From: Saccostrea echinata
Lineage: Eukaryota
Length of the DNA stretch: 64,000 bases
Assembly (NCBI RefSeq): GCF_033153115.1
Contig: NW_026889750.1
Location: 44,950,001 to 45,014,000, forward strand
Reading direction: 5' to 3'
Shown here: in pieces, positions 51,150-64,000 of the stretch
Layout: every line of letters begins with the position of its first letter
Position numbering within the stretch: the stretch's first letter is position 1
Program-made: the position numbers and the translations under genes
Notes under the pieces: generated by a model
Seen by the model: only the letters and a program-made list of their open reading frames with translations
Database searches by the model: none
What the model was told of the DNA's origin: nothing

Positions 51150-54100
51150 CTATAATAGTATGAAGACAGATGGTTTTCAGATCAGATTTAGAACGAGGTA
51201 TAATCCAAGAGTCATGCCACAACTGCAATAAAATCTTAGTTGATCGAATGTTATCAAAATTTTATGTACTTCTTCCTCTATCTATTTTGATTTTTGCCAT
51301 TAAATTTCATTCAGTTATATAATGTACTTTTTAAAATATTAAGATATAAACGCAACGTTAGATTTTGTCTTTTGCCGCACGACAAGAATGTTACCGACGT
51401 CGTTATGACATTACTTTTCGTCACTTATTTTCTGTTCATCCGCATATCAAACCTCTCACATGCTTCTTTTCAATAATCTTTTCTGCCATTTTGCCATAAA
51501 GCGTCTTGTTTTGAGTTATTGTATTAAAATTATTAGAACTTTATCCAAATTTTATTTCTATTTTATTCCTTTTTGCGTAGATCTTTGTTGCAGATAAACT
51601 GAAATTGACTGTCGAAGAGAAATGTCATAACGACGTCGGTACATTCTTGCCATGCAACGATAGACATTGTGTTTATCTTAATATTTTAAAAAGTTCATTT
51701 TATAACTGAAAGAAATTTCAAGGCAAGAAATCAAAATAGAACTTTCGACTATCTAGCAGTCGTCAGTTTTGTCTATGGGCTTGACATTGCTCTTCCATCT
51801 CATTCACCGTGTGTCAGTCAACAGCAAGAGAAGTTTGTGAGGTCTTCACACTCACTTCACTTCATGATCATCCACCTGTTAGACCGACAGTCCCTGTAGG
51901 GCTCACACGGGAGCCTACTTCTTTAGAGATCCACCTTAGACTTGCAGACGGGAATGATGTGCAACCTCAGACGTCACCGCATACTACATCTTGCCCAGTT
52001 TTTGTGCATATTGGGGGTGAACATGCCCAACCCCCACTGCTTGCTCACATCAAACCTTTGTTGTTCCAAAGTGGGTGTGCATCTGCCAAACGTCCCGGTA
52101 TGGCTATGCCTTGTGTATTTCAGCATCCTGATGTACATCGACACGTAGTCCCGCCTCTCTCAGAACCCCAACATACCATTTTGGAAGGGAGCAGAAGAGG
52201 ATTGCACATGTGCATGTCAAATATGTATGGGCCAGCCCAGCTGGGACGCTATGCTAGTCAGGCAGTTCTGGCCTACCAAGCTGTCAACTTCAGCACAACT
52301 ACACATTATAGCTCACCTGGTTTCCAAGGCACTACACAGTACACTAGCAGGGTAGTAGCTGGGAGGAAGCCAAAGTACGAGGATCTCCGGCGTGATGGAA
52401 AGTCAAGCTAGAATGCATTCCTGCACAAGTTCGTGAGGTTGTCTCGAAGCCAGTAGTGGACTGAGGAGGAGCAGCATGACCAATTTTGATTCTCCTTTGA
52501 AGGGGCAGCAATATCCGATGGTTAAAAAAAGCATCATCTCCGCCTAGAAAATATTTTGCAGAGGTTTCAAAAGCAGTTTGGTTCCTCTGCATCAGACACC
52601 ACCCAACATCTGAATTACCAGCAAGAACCCTGCAACTGTGGAGTCACTTTGTCAGTGGGCTGGCAGGTGTTGACCTTTGCTACTCGAGCTTTTCTTAATG
52701 TGTCTGATGTGCACACGCATGCCATACCACGCCTATATTCTGGGGCCGAGGACCGAGAAACCTGCTTGTATACTCTTGACGGCCGTCTCCTGACTGTGGA
52801 GAAAGCTGTAAAGCGGGTGTCTCGTGACGTGACAGGCAAAGAGCCATAAGGGAGATGGGAGAGTTGGCTACTGGTGAGGATGAAAGATGGGATCTTGAGA
52901 CCGAAAATGCAGCTTGGGAGGAGCTTGAAGCCTCCGGGAGCAGGTTGAAGAGGTTGGAGCATGACTTACAGCAGAGGGAAGCTGTCCCCCTTCGAAAACT
53001 TCAAAGGTCTCGTACCCCAGCATCCAGATGAACGAAAACCTATTGTGTGATGAAGATGCGGAGAGGTGGGGTCTTTTCGTAGCGACTGCTCCATCAAAGC
53101 TACCGGGAAGACAGTAATTACTGATTGGCCCCGGGACAGGTCCAAGTTCAAAGGATCCGCTGGTGATAGGTTTCGGAGGTCGGATTCCAAGCCGAGAGGA
53201 ATAAGGACTGGTAGGCTGGATTCCAGGAGGACACGCTCAGGCCATGCTGGTCATGAGCCCAGAGCATTACCCTGAGATCACTGAGTCTAAGGAGCAGGTG
53301 GCTAGTTTTCCCCCATTTTGTATATGGCATAGGTGCAAGGGGCACAGGTTAAGCATGATTCCCGCACCAGAGCTTTACTTGGCTGAAGATGAAGTGGTTA
53401 CCATGGAGGAAGACGTGGGGAAGCTTGTGGACCCCACTCTACTCTGGAGTCATTTGGAAAAAGCAAGGGTTAGTGAATTGGAATCCAAGGACTTACGGAG
53501 GATGAGCCTACGTGATTTTGATTTCATGTCACCTGTGTCGAAGTGGGAGGAGCTCCTTATACCCACTAGGGACTTTACAAGCCTGCAAGTGCAAGGCATG
53601 GGGATGAAGGCATTTCTGGATACTGGGGTTAATGTCAGCGTGCTGTCGACCCAGCTGTATGACCCTAGCAACCTATCAGGATACAAGTCACCATGATACA
53701 GGACGGAATAAAAACCAAATTAGAGGTATTTATAGTGGGACTTGTCACGCTGCGTATTTGACAGCAAAAGCATGAAATGGAACTCTATGTTGCCCCTTTG
53801 CAGGACCCAATATTGCTGGACATAGAGTTTTTCCGTGCCTGGAAAGTCCAGCTTGACTTGGAACATGGAACCCTTAACTCTGAGAGATAGGGTCATAAAG
53901 ATGGAATTTAGGAGGTCTGTGATTTAACAGGAGACACAGCAGTCGAGACAGATCTGTATAAATATGTGTCCCGCTTGGTAAGGGAAATGAGCAGTCTAGG
54001 GTCGTTGGTCCCAGAAGTCAGACGTGTAGGCCCTGCCCAGATGTAGAGGTGGTAGAGGAATGTCTTCTGGAATCTGTCATTGAAGATATCGGTGTTGTAC

Positions 54101-57100
54101 CCTTATCACTAAGACCAGCCCAACCTTCTGCTAGTGAGGACGCCTATGATCATGTTTCTTTGAGATTGCATATACATTGTATATACATGTACTAAATAAA
54201 TACTTGTGAAGAACCTGAAAGACTTTAGACAGAGAATTTGTTTAAAAAAAGAAAAGGAAAACAAAAGAAATGCAGACACCGGGTGACAAAGCTTCCCTGG
54301 CTTGGGTAAAGTTAACAGTAATTTTCACTTACTTGAGTTGGTATTAACAGTGGCCTTTCTGATTATTTGTTCCATTTCCTTCAGTTTAATACTTTCTCTG
54401 AAATTCCAGTGTTTTAAGGTATGATCAAATATATCTTTTCCCGCCGTGTTACTGAAAAATATCACAATTAAGGTTCATCAACTCACTGTTTTACTCATTT
54501 AAGTTTTGCTTCAATGGTTATGATTTTCCAATAGAAATACATATTATAATTAAAATGCAAACCATTTCAGCATTCCGTGTGGAGAAAAATTGAACAGAAT
54601 AAAATATACAATTTTTTCATGTTAATAATAGTTTTCCATTCCAGTGAGAGTCATCTCTCCTACCAGAGTTTCAATGAACCTTAAAAATCATTATCAAAAC
54701 ACATTGCCTGTATATGATTTTATAAATTTAATATCATGCAATGTCTCTTAAGTGTACTTTTCAACAGCGAATTTGTAATTATTTTTTAATAAATTTTTTA
54801 TGGGATTTTTTTTCCCTTTTTGGCATGAGTAGGTAAATCTTTACCTTGCAATGCTTATAACAGAAAAGTACAATGTAAAATTCAAAATATATTCCGTATC
54901 TCAAATATTCAAAGCAAATATATCAAATTTATAGACTGCAAGTCCCAATTACAAGGAATTGGTCACAATGCATTTTTAAACAAACCTAGCTTCCTTAAAT
55001 GCCTGGCATTTGCTTCATTAAACAAAAAACAACCTTGTTTTTGTTCACCCCAAATTGTTGAATTATTTTTGACCCAGCATTATCTAAATGAAACTCTTGC
55101 AAGGAAGAATTTCATGCTTAAAACTGATCTCGACTCGTAAATAGGCATACGCCATTTTCGATTTACTATCTACGCATCAGCACCGGGGTATACTCTTCGC
55201 ATTCGTTACACCTGACTGTTTTATTGTCACGGGTATCGACGTGGAATGGCGACCCGTGTTCGTGCCGGTTATCTTGTATTACCTTTGTTTACATTTTATT
55301 GCAGTTACGTGTATTTACAAGTGTTTGTTTGTATACTGCAGTGACCTGCGCAACTATTGTAAGTTTCTTTGGTATCTTTCTCTCCTGCATTAGAATAGGT
55401 ACTTAGTTATATTTTGTCGCTACCGAGTGCTGTATAGCATACATCCTTCTACGCCGGTGACGATTGATTAAACTGAACAGTGACCAAGTCAGCGGCTTTA
55501 TATAGGGACCCTAAGATATAGCGAGAGTCCAATCGAATATGGCGGACACCTTCCTTTTACGAATCATGTTCAGCTTTAACACCCCTTGCATGATATAGCT
55601 CAATGCTTGCACTCCCATCATTACTAACCTTAAAAACAGGAAGATGGCCTTTCTGTAGTCAGTGCCCGTTAGATGCTCGTGGAAATCCAGGTAAGGTGTC
55701 AAAGCGTCAATCACTCCAGGTGGCATTTTGTCAATTTCATCGAAAATAAAGAAAGACAACTCACATTCTTTTACACTGCTTTCAACCAATTCCCTCAATT
55801 TCTCCTAAAAATCGAAACGACCAGTACAATGTAGCATAAATGTACATGCTATATATATCAATATATTTTTGTTTCTTCATCTAATTTTATCTTAATAAGG
55901 ATCACGGTTCCCCCCTTAAACGTGATGATAAAGCATGACTTGGGAGGAAGTCTTCGTTGTAGAAATCCTTTCCTGATTTTTCCGGTCCTTTTAAACCATT
56001 CAACCCAACAGCAATAACAAAATGCATATTAGAAATCTAAATATGGTGTAAGCATTCCCATTTTTTGTTTTATAATTACCTTGTAAAGAGGCACCATATC
56101 AGCATGTGTGAAGTCTTTATTTGCAGATATGAAATGGACGTACTTGCTCCTCATTCCCTCTCGAAATAGACCCTCGGCGATAATTTTGCTGACATGGTTC
56201 TTTCCTGTGCCAGTCGCTCCATGAAATGACAGTGCAAGTGCTCTTGTTGGATTTGTTATCATGTGTGCTTGCAGGTGCTTCATAACGACATCAATGACTA
56301 AATGCTGCCCAAAGACTCTTGCTTGAAGGTCATTGCGGAGAGCTGTAATATTTCAGCATAAAAGTCAACTTACTTAAAGTCTGTTCTACAGTCAAAAGGA
56401 GATTACCTTTTGCATTATATCTCAAAATACGTAAATACCAGGGCTTTCAAACTACATGTAGGTTCGATCAATATTTCTTCTCAAACTTTCTGCTTTGGTG
56501 GGAACTGTCGAGTTGTATAATGCATAACTTGCAAAATCACACTTTGCAAAAAGTAAAATGAGCTCTATCACTTTGCGGGGTCATCCGAAAAGTAATCTGA
56601 GCTCTATTCGTTTGTGGGTAACCGGAAAGGGAAAAGGGAAAGAAACCATGAGTTTCTTTTTTATGGCTCCAAACAATTTTGTGTGTCTTTATAAATTTCA
56701 ATGTATGAATAGCCCCATTACGAAAATTGCCGTTTCTTCGGTAAGGGATCTATCATTATTTGTAAATTTCTGTTGCTAACCGTCTACAACGTTATTACAC
56801 GTTTGGAATCAATTTTCATGGCCGTAGAAATCAAAGATGGAGGGGTGTGCCCTTAATTATTTCGTCCATATATAGTATACAATAGAAAAGAAAGCTAATT
56901 TATGTATGTGACACCTCAATAATTACGTCTGGTGACTTTTTTTATACTTTGCTTGCCGGGGAATTTTGCTTGTAATGCCCATCCAAATTAGATATGTTTG
57001 GTTGTGCTCCACCCTCCCCATCCTACTAAAATTGCTTCTACGGGCCTGAATATTTACGTCATACTCGGATAATCTTTGGAAATAACGCTTGTCTGCAACG

Positions 57101-60100
57101 CCAAATTACCGTAGACTTTGAAAAACTGTGTCATACGTTGTCTTGAATTGTATGTATCCAATCTGGCTAAAAACAAGTTTGGAAATGAATGTTAAAATGT
57201 TAAATGATTTTTCCTTTAAAATGAATTTGGTATTCATTTGATATCGTTAAAAGTGTGATAGAATCGCTCACATTGGGCAGACTTTAAAAAAGAAAAGACA
57301 GCAAAACAGTTGTGTATTCATAGTATCTAAAACACGACACACCAATCATGGGTGAATCAAAGAAATATTGACCATTTAATCGAAAATTTACGGAAAAATT
57401 CAATTTGCCTTAACATTTTTCAGTTATAAAACATAATACATACATATTGTATACACATTCTACCGAGTAGTTAAAATTTTCAAAGAGGCGGTAAAATAAA
57501 CAAATGAATTTTATTCGAAAAAATGAAAATATGCATACATCTTTTAAGATATTCTTAAATGCATAATTAAATGATTTTCCTTTTAGATGTGTGTCATAAA
57601 TCTAAACCTTGATTTAGTTCTTTAGTTCCCTAGCCATTATTTACACACTGAATTGTCGACGTTTTTTTCCCGTTATTTCCCGATCCCGATCATGACAAGG
57701 AGCCACTGCGGGTGTGACCTGTCGACAGGGGATGCCAACTCCTCTATGGCACCTGATCCCACCTTTTATGTTTTACAGGTCCGTGTTAGCTCTGCTCCAA
57801 AATTTGTATTGTTTAATGGACTTTTGAGCTTGAATACTGTTCGATATCTCCATACATTTAATTCCTTCTTGTGAAAGAATTGGCATTTATTGTTGATATT
57901 TTGCATTGTTTAACTCAATTCTGGTTTGAAAAATATGAAAAATGTGATATAATAAATTTCCCCAAAACTGGAAATTAAAACAAAAAGGGATTTAGATATA
58001 CTAATTTTTGAAGTTATCTTATCCTACCTTATTTTGTTACACTCCTGACTTCTGATATGATCGGGCAAACGGAAAATCCGTAGACAATTCAGTATGAAAA
58101 TAATGGTCTAACTATTTGTATGAAAATCAGTCAACGTTCGACTTAACGATAGGTCGTATCTACCAACAAGGTTATTGTGTCGACCATAGAATTTGGGAAA
58201 TGTTGACTGTTGATATCCATGTTTCATCAACTTATTTGTCAATAGTTTGCCTCGTTTTAGAACTTATTCGTACATAGAACATGGTCTTACGTATAGAATC
58301 AACTGGGAGATATAAACTCCATATATACAGGTGATAATGTTTCATGTATATTGCTACATAAAAAAGGGAAGTTGACGATAGAAAAGTTGAAGTCATCACG
58401 TTTATCACAAAGTTAAGTTGTTTTTGCCATTAATGTCTTTCTCCAGTAAATATACAATCATGATACAGATATGTGAAGCTCTGTGTTGTGTTTTATTTCC
58501 AGTTCAAAGGGATATAACGAACCAACGTAGGGATGAAAATGAATATTGTTTATTTACAAAACGTGGTCGATATGTTGAAATGACGAATTGACGGACACCA
58601 AATAGCCACAACGTTTTCCTTGAAAAAAAAAAATTGCTGATAACCATTGACAAGGTATGTAAATTCCAGGTCCATTATTATTGAAAAACAGTTGTCTTAG
58701 ATGTCAAAAAGATTGGTCTTTAAATTATCGTGGGGAATAATTGTATAAAGTGTTGAAAAGTCGTACGTTTTGATGCTATTGAATTTGGTAAAAAAAATTA
58801 TTTCAAATTTTCTGAAAGTTCCCTGGAGTTTTTTAAATATCCACATCTGATTAATACTACTCGAATATGTTGTTGTACGGTACTTCTGTAGTTTCTCAAA
58901 AACAAGTCCAAACAAAAACCTGGTTCCCTGAACTCCTCTTAAATGTTTTGCATTAACCAACTCATTTTTGGAATATGATTGGGAGTGTCCTGTAGATGTG
59001 CAATAAGGTTTCAAAATTTTGATTTTCACTAGGATTGTGGTTTAAATTGTAGGGTTTTTCAAACCCTGGTTCTGGAATTTCGATTGGGGGTCAAAGCATC
59101 GTTTTTCTACAAACACCTGGTTCCCTTAACTCCTTTAATAATTTTGTATTTTGTCAATAGTCTATTCATAATTTAGAATATGATTGGGAATGTTTTGAAT
59201 TTTGATTTTTACCCTGGGGTTTAAAAACTTTTGTTTTTGTTTTTTAAACTGTTTTAAAGGAGTTCCCTGAACTCCTCTTAAATGTTTTGCACTAGCCAAC
59301 TCATCATTTTAGGGAGAGGGCGTAATAATATTCAGAACTTGTACCCAATCCCTTTGTAATTATAAATTACAATAAAATAAATATGTTCAAATCAACCAAC
59401 TCATCTTTTGGAATATAAATATATTGGGTGGGGAGGGGGGAGGTTAAAAATGGCTCTTTTGTAAATTATAAAATTATTATGGCTTCTTCCCTTGTTACCA
59501 AAATATGAAGGTGAGTACATTTAGAGGCAAACACCTTAGTGCGGGTATTACTGTCTTATAACAGAATATAGTTCAAATTCAATTTAATTGTTGTAAATAA
59601 TTTAAAACTGACATATAACTGTGAAGGCACTATGAATATAAGCTGGATTACCACTTGCAAAATTAAATCCTATTTCTTCAAAATATACAATTATAATAAC
59701 GAACCTTGTTGTTATACCTGCTTTATCAGCAGGGACCAGTTTATATCGATCGTGTAATCTATCTAGTAATTCTTTTCTTCACTTCTGAATTATTGAAGAC
59801 AGCTGGATAGATGGTTTTCATAATATCCCTGAACCGTTTAATGCGAGATTTCAACATTCATCTGATCTGATGCTTTTAATCCATTCTGGCTATATTTTAA
59901 AATAAGTAATTTTAGGTCCTCATTATAAACTATATTCACGTCACCAGTAATGACGTGTCCAGCAGGACTATAGTTATAGGATGAAGAAGAACACGAACTT
60001 TCGATATCTAGACACTGTTGAGATTTCCTTTTTGTTTTTGTTAATAAAAAGTTTGAAAGAAATAGTCTATGAATATTTGTAAGAATTACACGACTTGGAC

Positions 60101-62326
60101 TTTAACTTGAAATATGGAGGAATTCAAGATTGGGCGCCCTTTTGTACGAAATTCGAAATACGAGATGCAATATGTCTCCAATGAAAATGAATTCGGGTTT
60201 AGTTGCTTCATGCTTGGGCCCCTACATAATAACGTCTGATGACCTTTTCTTGGCTTGTCAAGGATTTCTTGCTTGGTAGGTGAAAATGTGTGGTTACTAA
60301 CCCCCCCCCCCCTTTCAAAACTTAAACTGCTTCTTCGGGCCTAAAAAAAATCATTATCTTTATTAAGTATGTATGTTTCAGCTACCCGTACTCAAGGGGC
60401 TGTCATCTGGCTTCACAAACCTGGTCACTGGCCACTTTGTAACTCTTGTTACTAAGACTATCAACGTCGTAACCCTTATCACTATAAGTCGCTAGACACT
60501 AAATATACTGCAGGCTAATGGTTCACATTTGGCACACATCATCAACTACAGTAGGACCAATATTTGTCTCTTAGCAAAAAACTTTCAAAGAATCCGACTA
60601 ACAAGATTCCTACTGACCTGAAAACAGATAATGTGTGGCCGCTTTGCGATATAGATATTCTTTATATAAATCTATTATATCATTTAACAGGTTGGAATTA
60701 GAATTTCAGGATATTTTACATAATAAACCCAACATTTACTTTTTTCGTTTTTATACACATAACATTTTTTCTTGCATTATTATTTAATCAAATGATACGT
60801 TAATTACAAATATAATGTAATCTTAAATCCGACTTCTGATTGGATATTAAGATATTGAATCTCTAAATTCGAATTTCAAATCTCGAATGAGCCTTCTTGG
60901 CTTTCGTACTTTTGTGATTATATTCCATTATTGGCAAATTTAAGCTTAAACTCGTCCGTAAAACATGGCCTTTAAAAAGCCTGCCGTAATCAATACATAT
61001 TCATAATCACAGATCCCAGCCTGTATCCTGGTATCGAAAAATCCAAATATGCATTTTCTTTGGCCTTTTCAAATGGACCATTTAAAACTTTCAAGGCTAA
61101 GAGTAAAGTTTGGTGCAGGTGTGATGAAGATCAGTTTATTTACATAAGGTAGTAGTGAATCAAAAGAGGCATCGTGTATAAAAGGTTTAATTGTAAGACT
61201 GATGTCCATGACTATGCTTACGTCTCTGGATCTTGTTAAAGATCCCATCATAGTCACATTCCTACACTGTGGACTTGAAAGATTCCCAACACTTTCGAAA
61301 AATTATTGAAAAAAATAGTATGATCAGGTAAATTTGAATGGAATGCTTGTGGAGAAGCTGCTGGTCCCCGTTGTTGGTTTGAAATCAATGCACCGATTAG
61401 TATTTTATCAAATGAACCATTGGTTTCACCAACATAAAGAAGCCCACTAAGGAAACATTCTATTCTAGAGACAACGTTCGAAGATTGGCACTATGTTATA
61501 AAAAGGTGTTTCACTCCTGATATAATGTGTGGCCACTTTGCGATATAGATATTCTTTATATAATAGTATATCTTCTCTGCCACACAAGATATCAATAAAA
61601 TATTTGTCAGTACTAAATGACACACGATGAGATATAAAAAAATTACGTGGCCTGCATTTTTTGAACTGATTGTTTTTTTATGTGTCGTATCATTTTTTTT
61701 AAAATTCACCCTTATACATCTATATGCAGGCCCGTAGCAACGGTTTCAAAAATGGGAAGGGGGGGGGGGGACTTCCCAAAAATGCTGAAAAGCAAAAAAA
61801 AAAAACCTTATTAACCTGCCAAATCCTGGAAATTGTTAATGCTCGACCTTACAGCGACGAACACTGGGGAGGGGGACATCTAAAAGAAATTTTACTATAG
61901 CAAATTACTTTACTCAGAAAAAGGTGCCCCCCCCCCCCCCCAGCGTGTTCTACGGGCTTTATTTGATAAGCTTTTGTAGTGCTATTTCAGTACTCACAGA
62001 AGGAACCGACAAATTAAGATCTACAAATCCTTCAATTAATTAGTCGATGATGTATTAAAACACAATAAAAATGATTCGTTGGATATATTCTCGAGGTTAA
62101 TTGACAAATTTGGTTCTTTTAAAAATTTGTTGGGATTTTCACCTGTAGCATTTAGGTAGATCCAATCCGTTGTACAGCATTCTTTAAAATAGCATTTTAC
62201 CGGGGTGTAAGCTGTGTATAGTCCTGCAATCACTGCAGTTCCCACACCTCCAACAACTAAAAATGAATTAATCTCAGGAATCCAGAGAAAAAGAACACAA
62301 AACACTATCCACATTACAGAGCCCAT
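50884..62326 (-). CDS. TOR1A: Torsin-1A/1B-like AAA+ ATPase, copy 2 (5 exons, 1008 nt, 335 aa)
   Basis: Exons 62326-62143, 56342-56080, 55804-55629, 54451-54333 and 51149-50884. Same intron phases as copy 1 and identical sizes for exons 2-5. Walker A GATGTGKN, Walker B FIFDEIDK, SNTAG, GCKRV; frame open. The symbol marks the family only. Confidence 0.93.
51282..51740. mobile_element. Long-TIR MITE in torsin 2 intron 4
   Basis: About 130-bp inverted arms, ctattttgatttttgcc..accgacgtcgttatgacatt and its reverse complement. Confidence 0.75.
51760..54290 (+). mobile_element. Decayed Gypsy gag-protease fragment, antisense in torsin 2 intron 4
   Basis: GC-rich block; DGKSS*NAFLHKF, zinc-knuckle remnant RCGEVGSFRSDC, aspartic protease AFLDTGVNVSVL, LTR-like end in tgaca. 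Confidence 0.75.
54333..54451 (-). CDS. Torsin copy 2 exon 4
   Basis: SNTAGKDIFDHTLKHWNFRESIKLKEMEQIIRKATVNTNS; donor gtaagt; 119 nt. Confidence 0.92.
55629..55804 (-). CDS. Torsin copy 2 exon 3
   Basis: EKLRELVESSVKECELSFFIFDEIDK...FLFL; 176 nt. Confidence 0.95.
56080..56342 (-). CDS. Torsin copy 2 exon 2
   Basis: ALRNDLQARVFGQHLV...HGATGTGKN...PLYK; 263 nt; GT-AG. Confidence 0.95.
57620..57870 (+). mobile_element. Penelope-like 3' end fragment
   Basis: gcgggtgtgacctgtcgacaggggatgcc..cacctgatcc motif. Confidence 0.75.
58910..59420. repeat. Three diverged ~150-195-bp tandem units
   Basis: gttccc..aactcct..ttaa.....ttgca motif at ~58920, ~59120 and ~59260. Confidence 0.6.
59306..59395 (+). 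mobile_element. 90-bp, extremely 5'-truncated copy of the CR1 3' end
   Basis: Matches ~24806-24890; 10-bp TSD ccaactcatc (59296-59305, 59396-59405). Confidence 0.85.
61727..61958. mobile_element. hAT-like MITE; similar element at 56817-57048
   Basis: Termini caggcccgtagc and ctacgggc with G/C runs; TSD not clear. Confidence 0.45.
62143..62326 (-). CDS. Torsin copy 2 exon 1
   Basis: MGSVMWIVFCVLFLW...CYFKECCTTDWIYLNAT; donor AG|GTGAAA; 184 nt. Confidence 0.9.
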
Positions 62327-62333
62327 GATGGAA

Positions 62334-62377
62334 TTCTGCGAATGACAAAACGAAAATGGAATAGTTGCTAAGGAAGT
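62334..62377 (-). promoter_or_regulatory. Conserved motif block upstream of torsin copy 2
   Basis: TTCTGCGAA, AAAACGAAAA and GGAAGT in the same order as in copy 1. Confidence 0.35.
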
Positions 62378-63239
62378 TCGGTTTAACATAACAATGCAGC
62401 TATGAGAGCACTCAATCGAAATATAAATAGCACGCTTTGCTTTAGAAAAAAATGCATAGCAGAAAAATATTCTGCCTCTTTGAATAGTGTATTACAATAA
62501 AAGGATTTGAGATTAGAGGGAAGGTAGGTTTTTTTTAGAATCTGTCTCATCACTATTGTTCTGGTGTTACTATTGATCTTCTTTAAATGAGATCAACCGT
62601 GAAAGATAATTCATTCTGAATCCAAATATACATGTAAAATTAAAGTTGTTTTTCTTTTATAAATGATATGATACTCTTTAGCGGATAACAAAGAAAATTA
62701 TAATGGATAAATTTCATTTGATTGGAAAATTAAAACATAATCGTAAAGATGAGCTATTAAATATACCTGTTATAACGCTGTATCTTTATATCTAAATAAA
62801 AATACATGTATACGATGTTTTTTTTTTTTTTTCAGAATGAAGGTGGATGGATAGCTGATGAAAATACTGATGTAATGACTATGACAGAGGAAGACTACTC
62901 TTTCTTTCAAATTCGATATTTGCCATCTAAATTATAGGGCATTCAAATTGTTTACCTTCAAAGCAATACTAGTTTTTCTTTGAAATATAATGTTCGATTT
63001 TATAAGAATGCAATAATTATTAATAAACTTCAACAATCCATTCTTCAAAAGGGTATTTTTTGCATTGAATCTTCAAAAATATTCTCAAGTTCACGGGGAT
63101 CACATTTTATCGAATAATTTTGCAATCAATGCAATCTAATTAAAATTAGATGTTAGATCTGCTCACAAACTCGCTTAAAAAAGCTATGCGATCTGATCTA
63201 ACATTTAATTTTAATCATGAACATAATAACCACTATATA

Positions 63240-63462
63240 CGTAGATTCAGTTTACACACTGAATTGTCGACGGATTTTTCCGTTATTTCCCGATCATGAC
63301 AAGGAGCACACGGCGGGTGTGACCGGTCGGCAGGGGATGCTCACTCTTCCATGGAACCTGATCCCACCTCTGATGTTTGGAGGTCCGTGTTTGGTCTGCT
63401 CCTATTTTGTATTGTATAATGGACTTTTGAGCTTGAATACTGTTCGTTATCTCCATATATTT
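63240..63462 (+). mobile_element. Penelope-like 3' end fragment; further RT fragment at 63730-64000
   Basis: Conserved 3' motif; INSIKTYDF-like remnant downstream. Confidence 0.75.
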
Positions 63463-64000
63463 CATTGGTTAAGGTGAGACTATATTAAGGGTAAAATTCT
63501 TATTAAAAGATATGCAGATATACCTTTCCCTCGAAAATGAAAAGTTACTTTGCCTATGATTAGTCAGTTTAAAGCAACATGAGCTGCAATTTTTATGATG
63601 AAAATTTCTGTTGTAAAGTTGTTATTTACTATTTCAATGACAGAAATAGTAAAGGTTTTTAAACTTCGGTTATTACTTACTAATGGTGTTAATCATATGT
63701 GAATACTTAAAAATTCCGAGGAAATTCTAGAAAATTTGAAATCACAAAATATTACCAAATTCAACAACATCAAAACGCATGGCTTTTTAACGCTTATACG
63801 TTCCCCACGATAAATCAACTGCTTTCTCAAAACTGGGACTCGTAAATTTTCATATCTTGTCATTGGTCAGTTGCAAACTTATTTTGTAAAAAAAATTCTG
63901 ATTCTACATACAAGTACTCCAAGACTGATATTAAATAGATGCATGATTTTTTTATTGACAATATCTATGGAATTTTTGGAGACCAGGCTCTCAACAGTCT

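Larger units (their letters stand above)
58055..61490 (-). mobile_element. Decayed Naiad-type Penelope element with N-terminal GIY-YIG, in torsin 2 intron 1
   Basis: CQSSNVVSRIECFLSGLLYVGET (61490-61420) lies upstream of PAGHVITGD (~59960), IKTYDFSTLYTIIPH (~58760) and the RT C-terminus; interrupted by other repeats. Confidence 0.75.

Noticed and set aside
51809-53696. Cluster of GC-rich ORFs as a host gene nested in the torsin intron
   Set aside because: Motifs indicate a decayed Gypsy gag and protease.

Overview
AT-rich, intron-containing animal DNA. The repeat families suggest a bivalve mollusc, probably an oyster; this is inference. The only host genes I can support are two tandem five-exon torsin (TOR1A/B-like AAA+ ATPase) paralogs on the minus strand, at 9020-14581 (332 aa) and 50884-62326 (335 aa). 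A relic of a third torsin copy (~8499-8700) lies inside a MITE. The rest is densely nested mobile DNA. A fragmented DIRS/Ngaro retroelement spreads over ~15.4-44.2 kb. It hosts a CR1-type LINE (11-bp TSD, 2A-like peptide), which itself carries a tRNA-bearing MITE and an RTE-X LINE (8-bp TSD, ORF1 and ORF2 in frame across one TAG). The DIRS element also hosts a palindrome-headed Crypton-like element, which holds a 12.8-kb TIR element (4-bp TSD) containing a 174-bp satellite and several MITEs. Other elements include decayed Gypsy copies, many Naiad-type Penelope fragments and Kolobok-, Tc1-, MULE- and Helentron-like MITEs. I cannot demonstrate a wholly new system. The best leads are a conserved immune-type motif cluster upstream of both torsins, a compensated frameshift beside sensor-2 in torsin copy 2, capture of a torsin fragment in a MITE, two recoding signals in the nested LINEs, and a pseudoknot-like motif in the Penelope 3' end.
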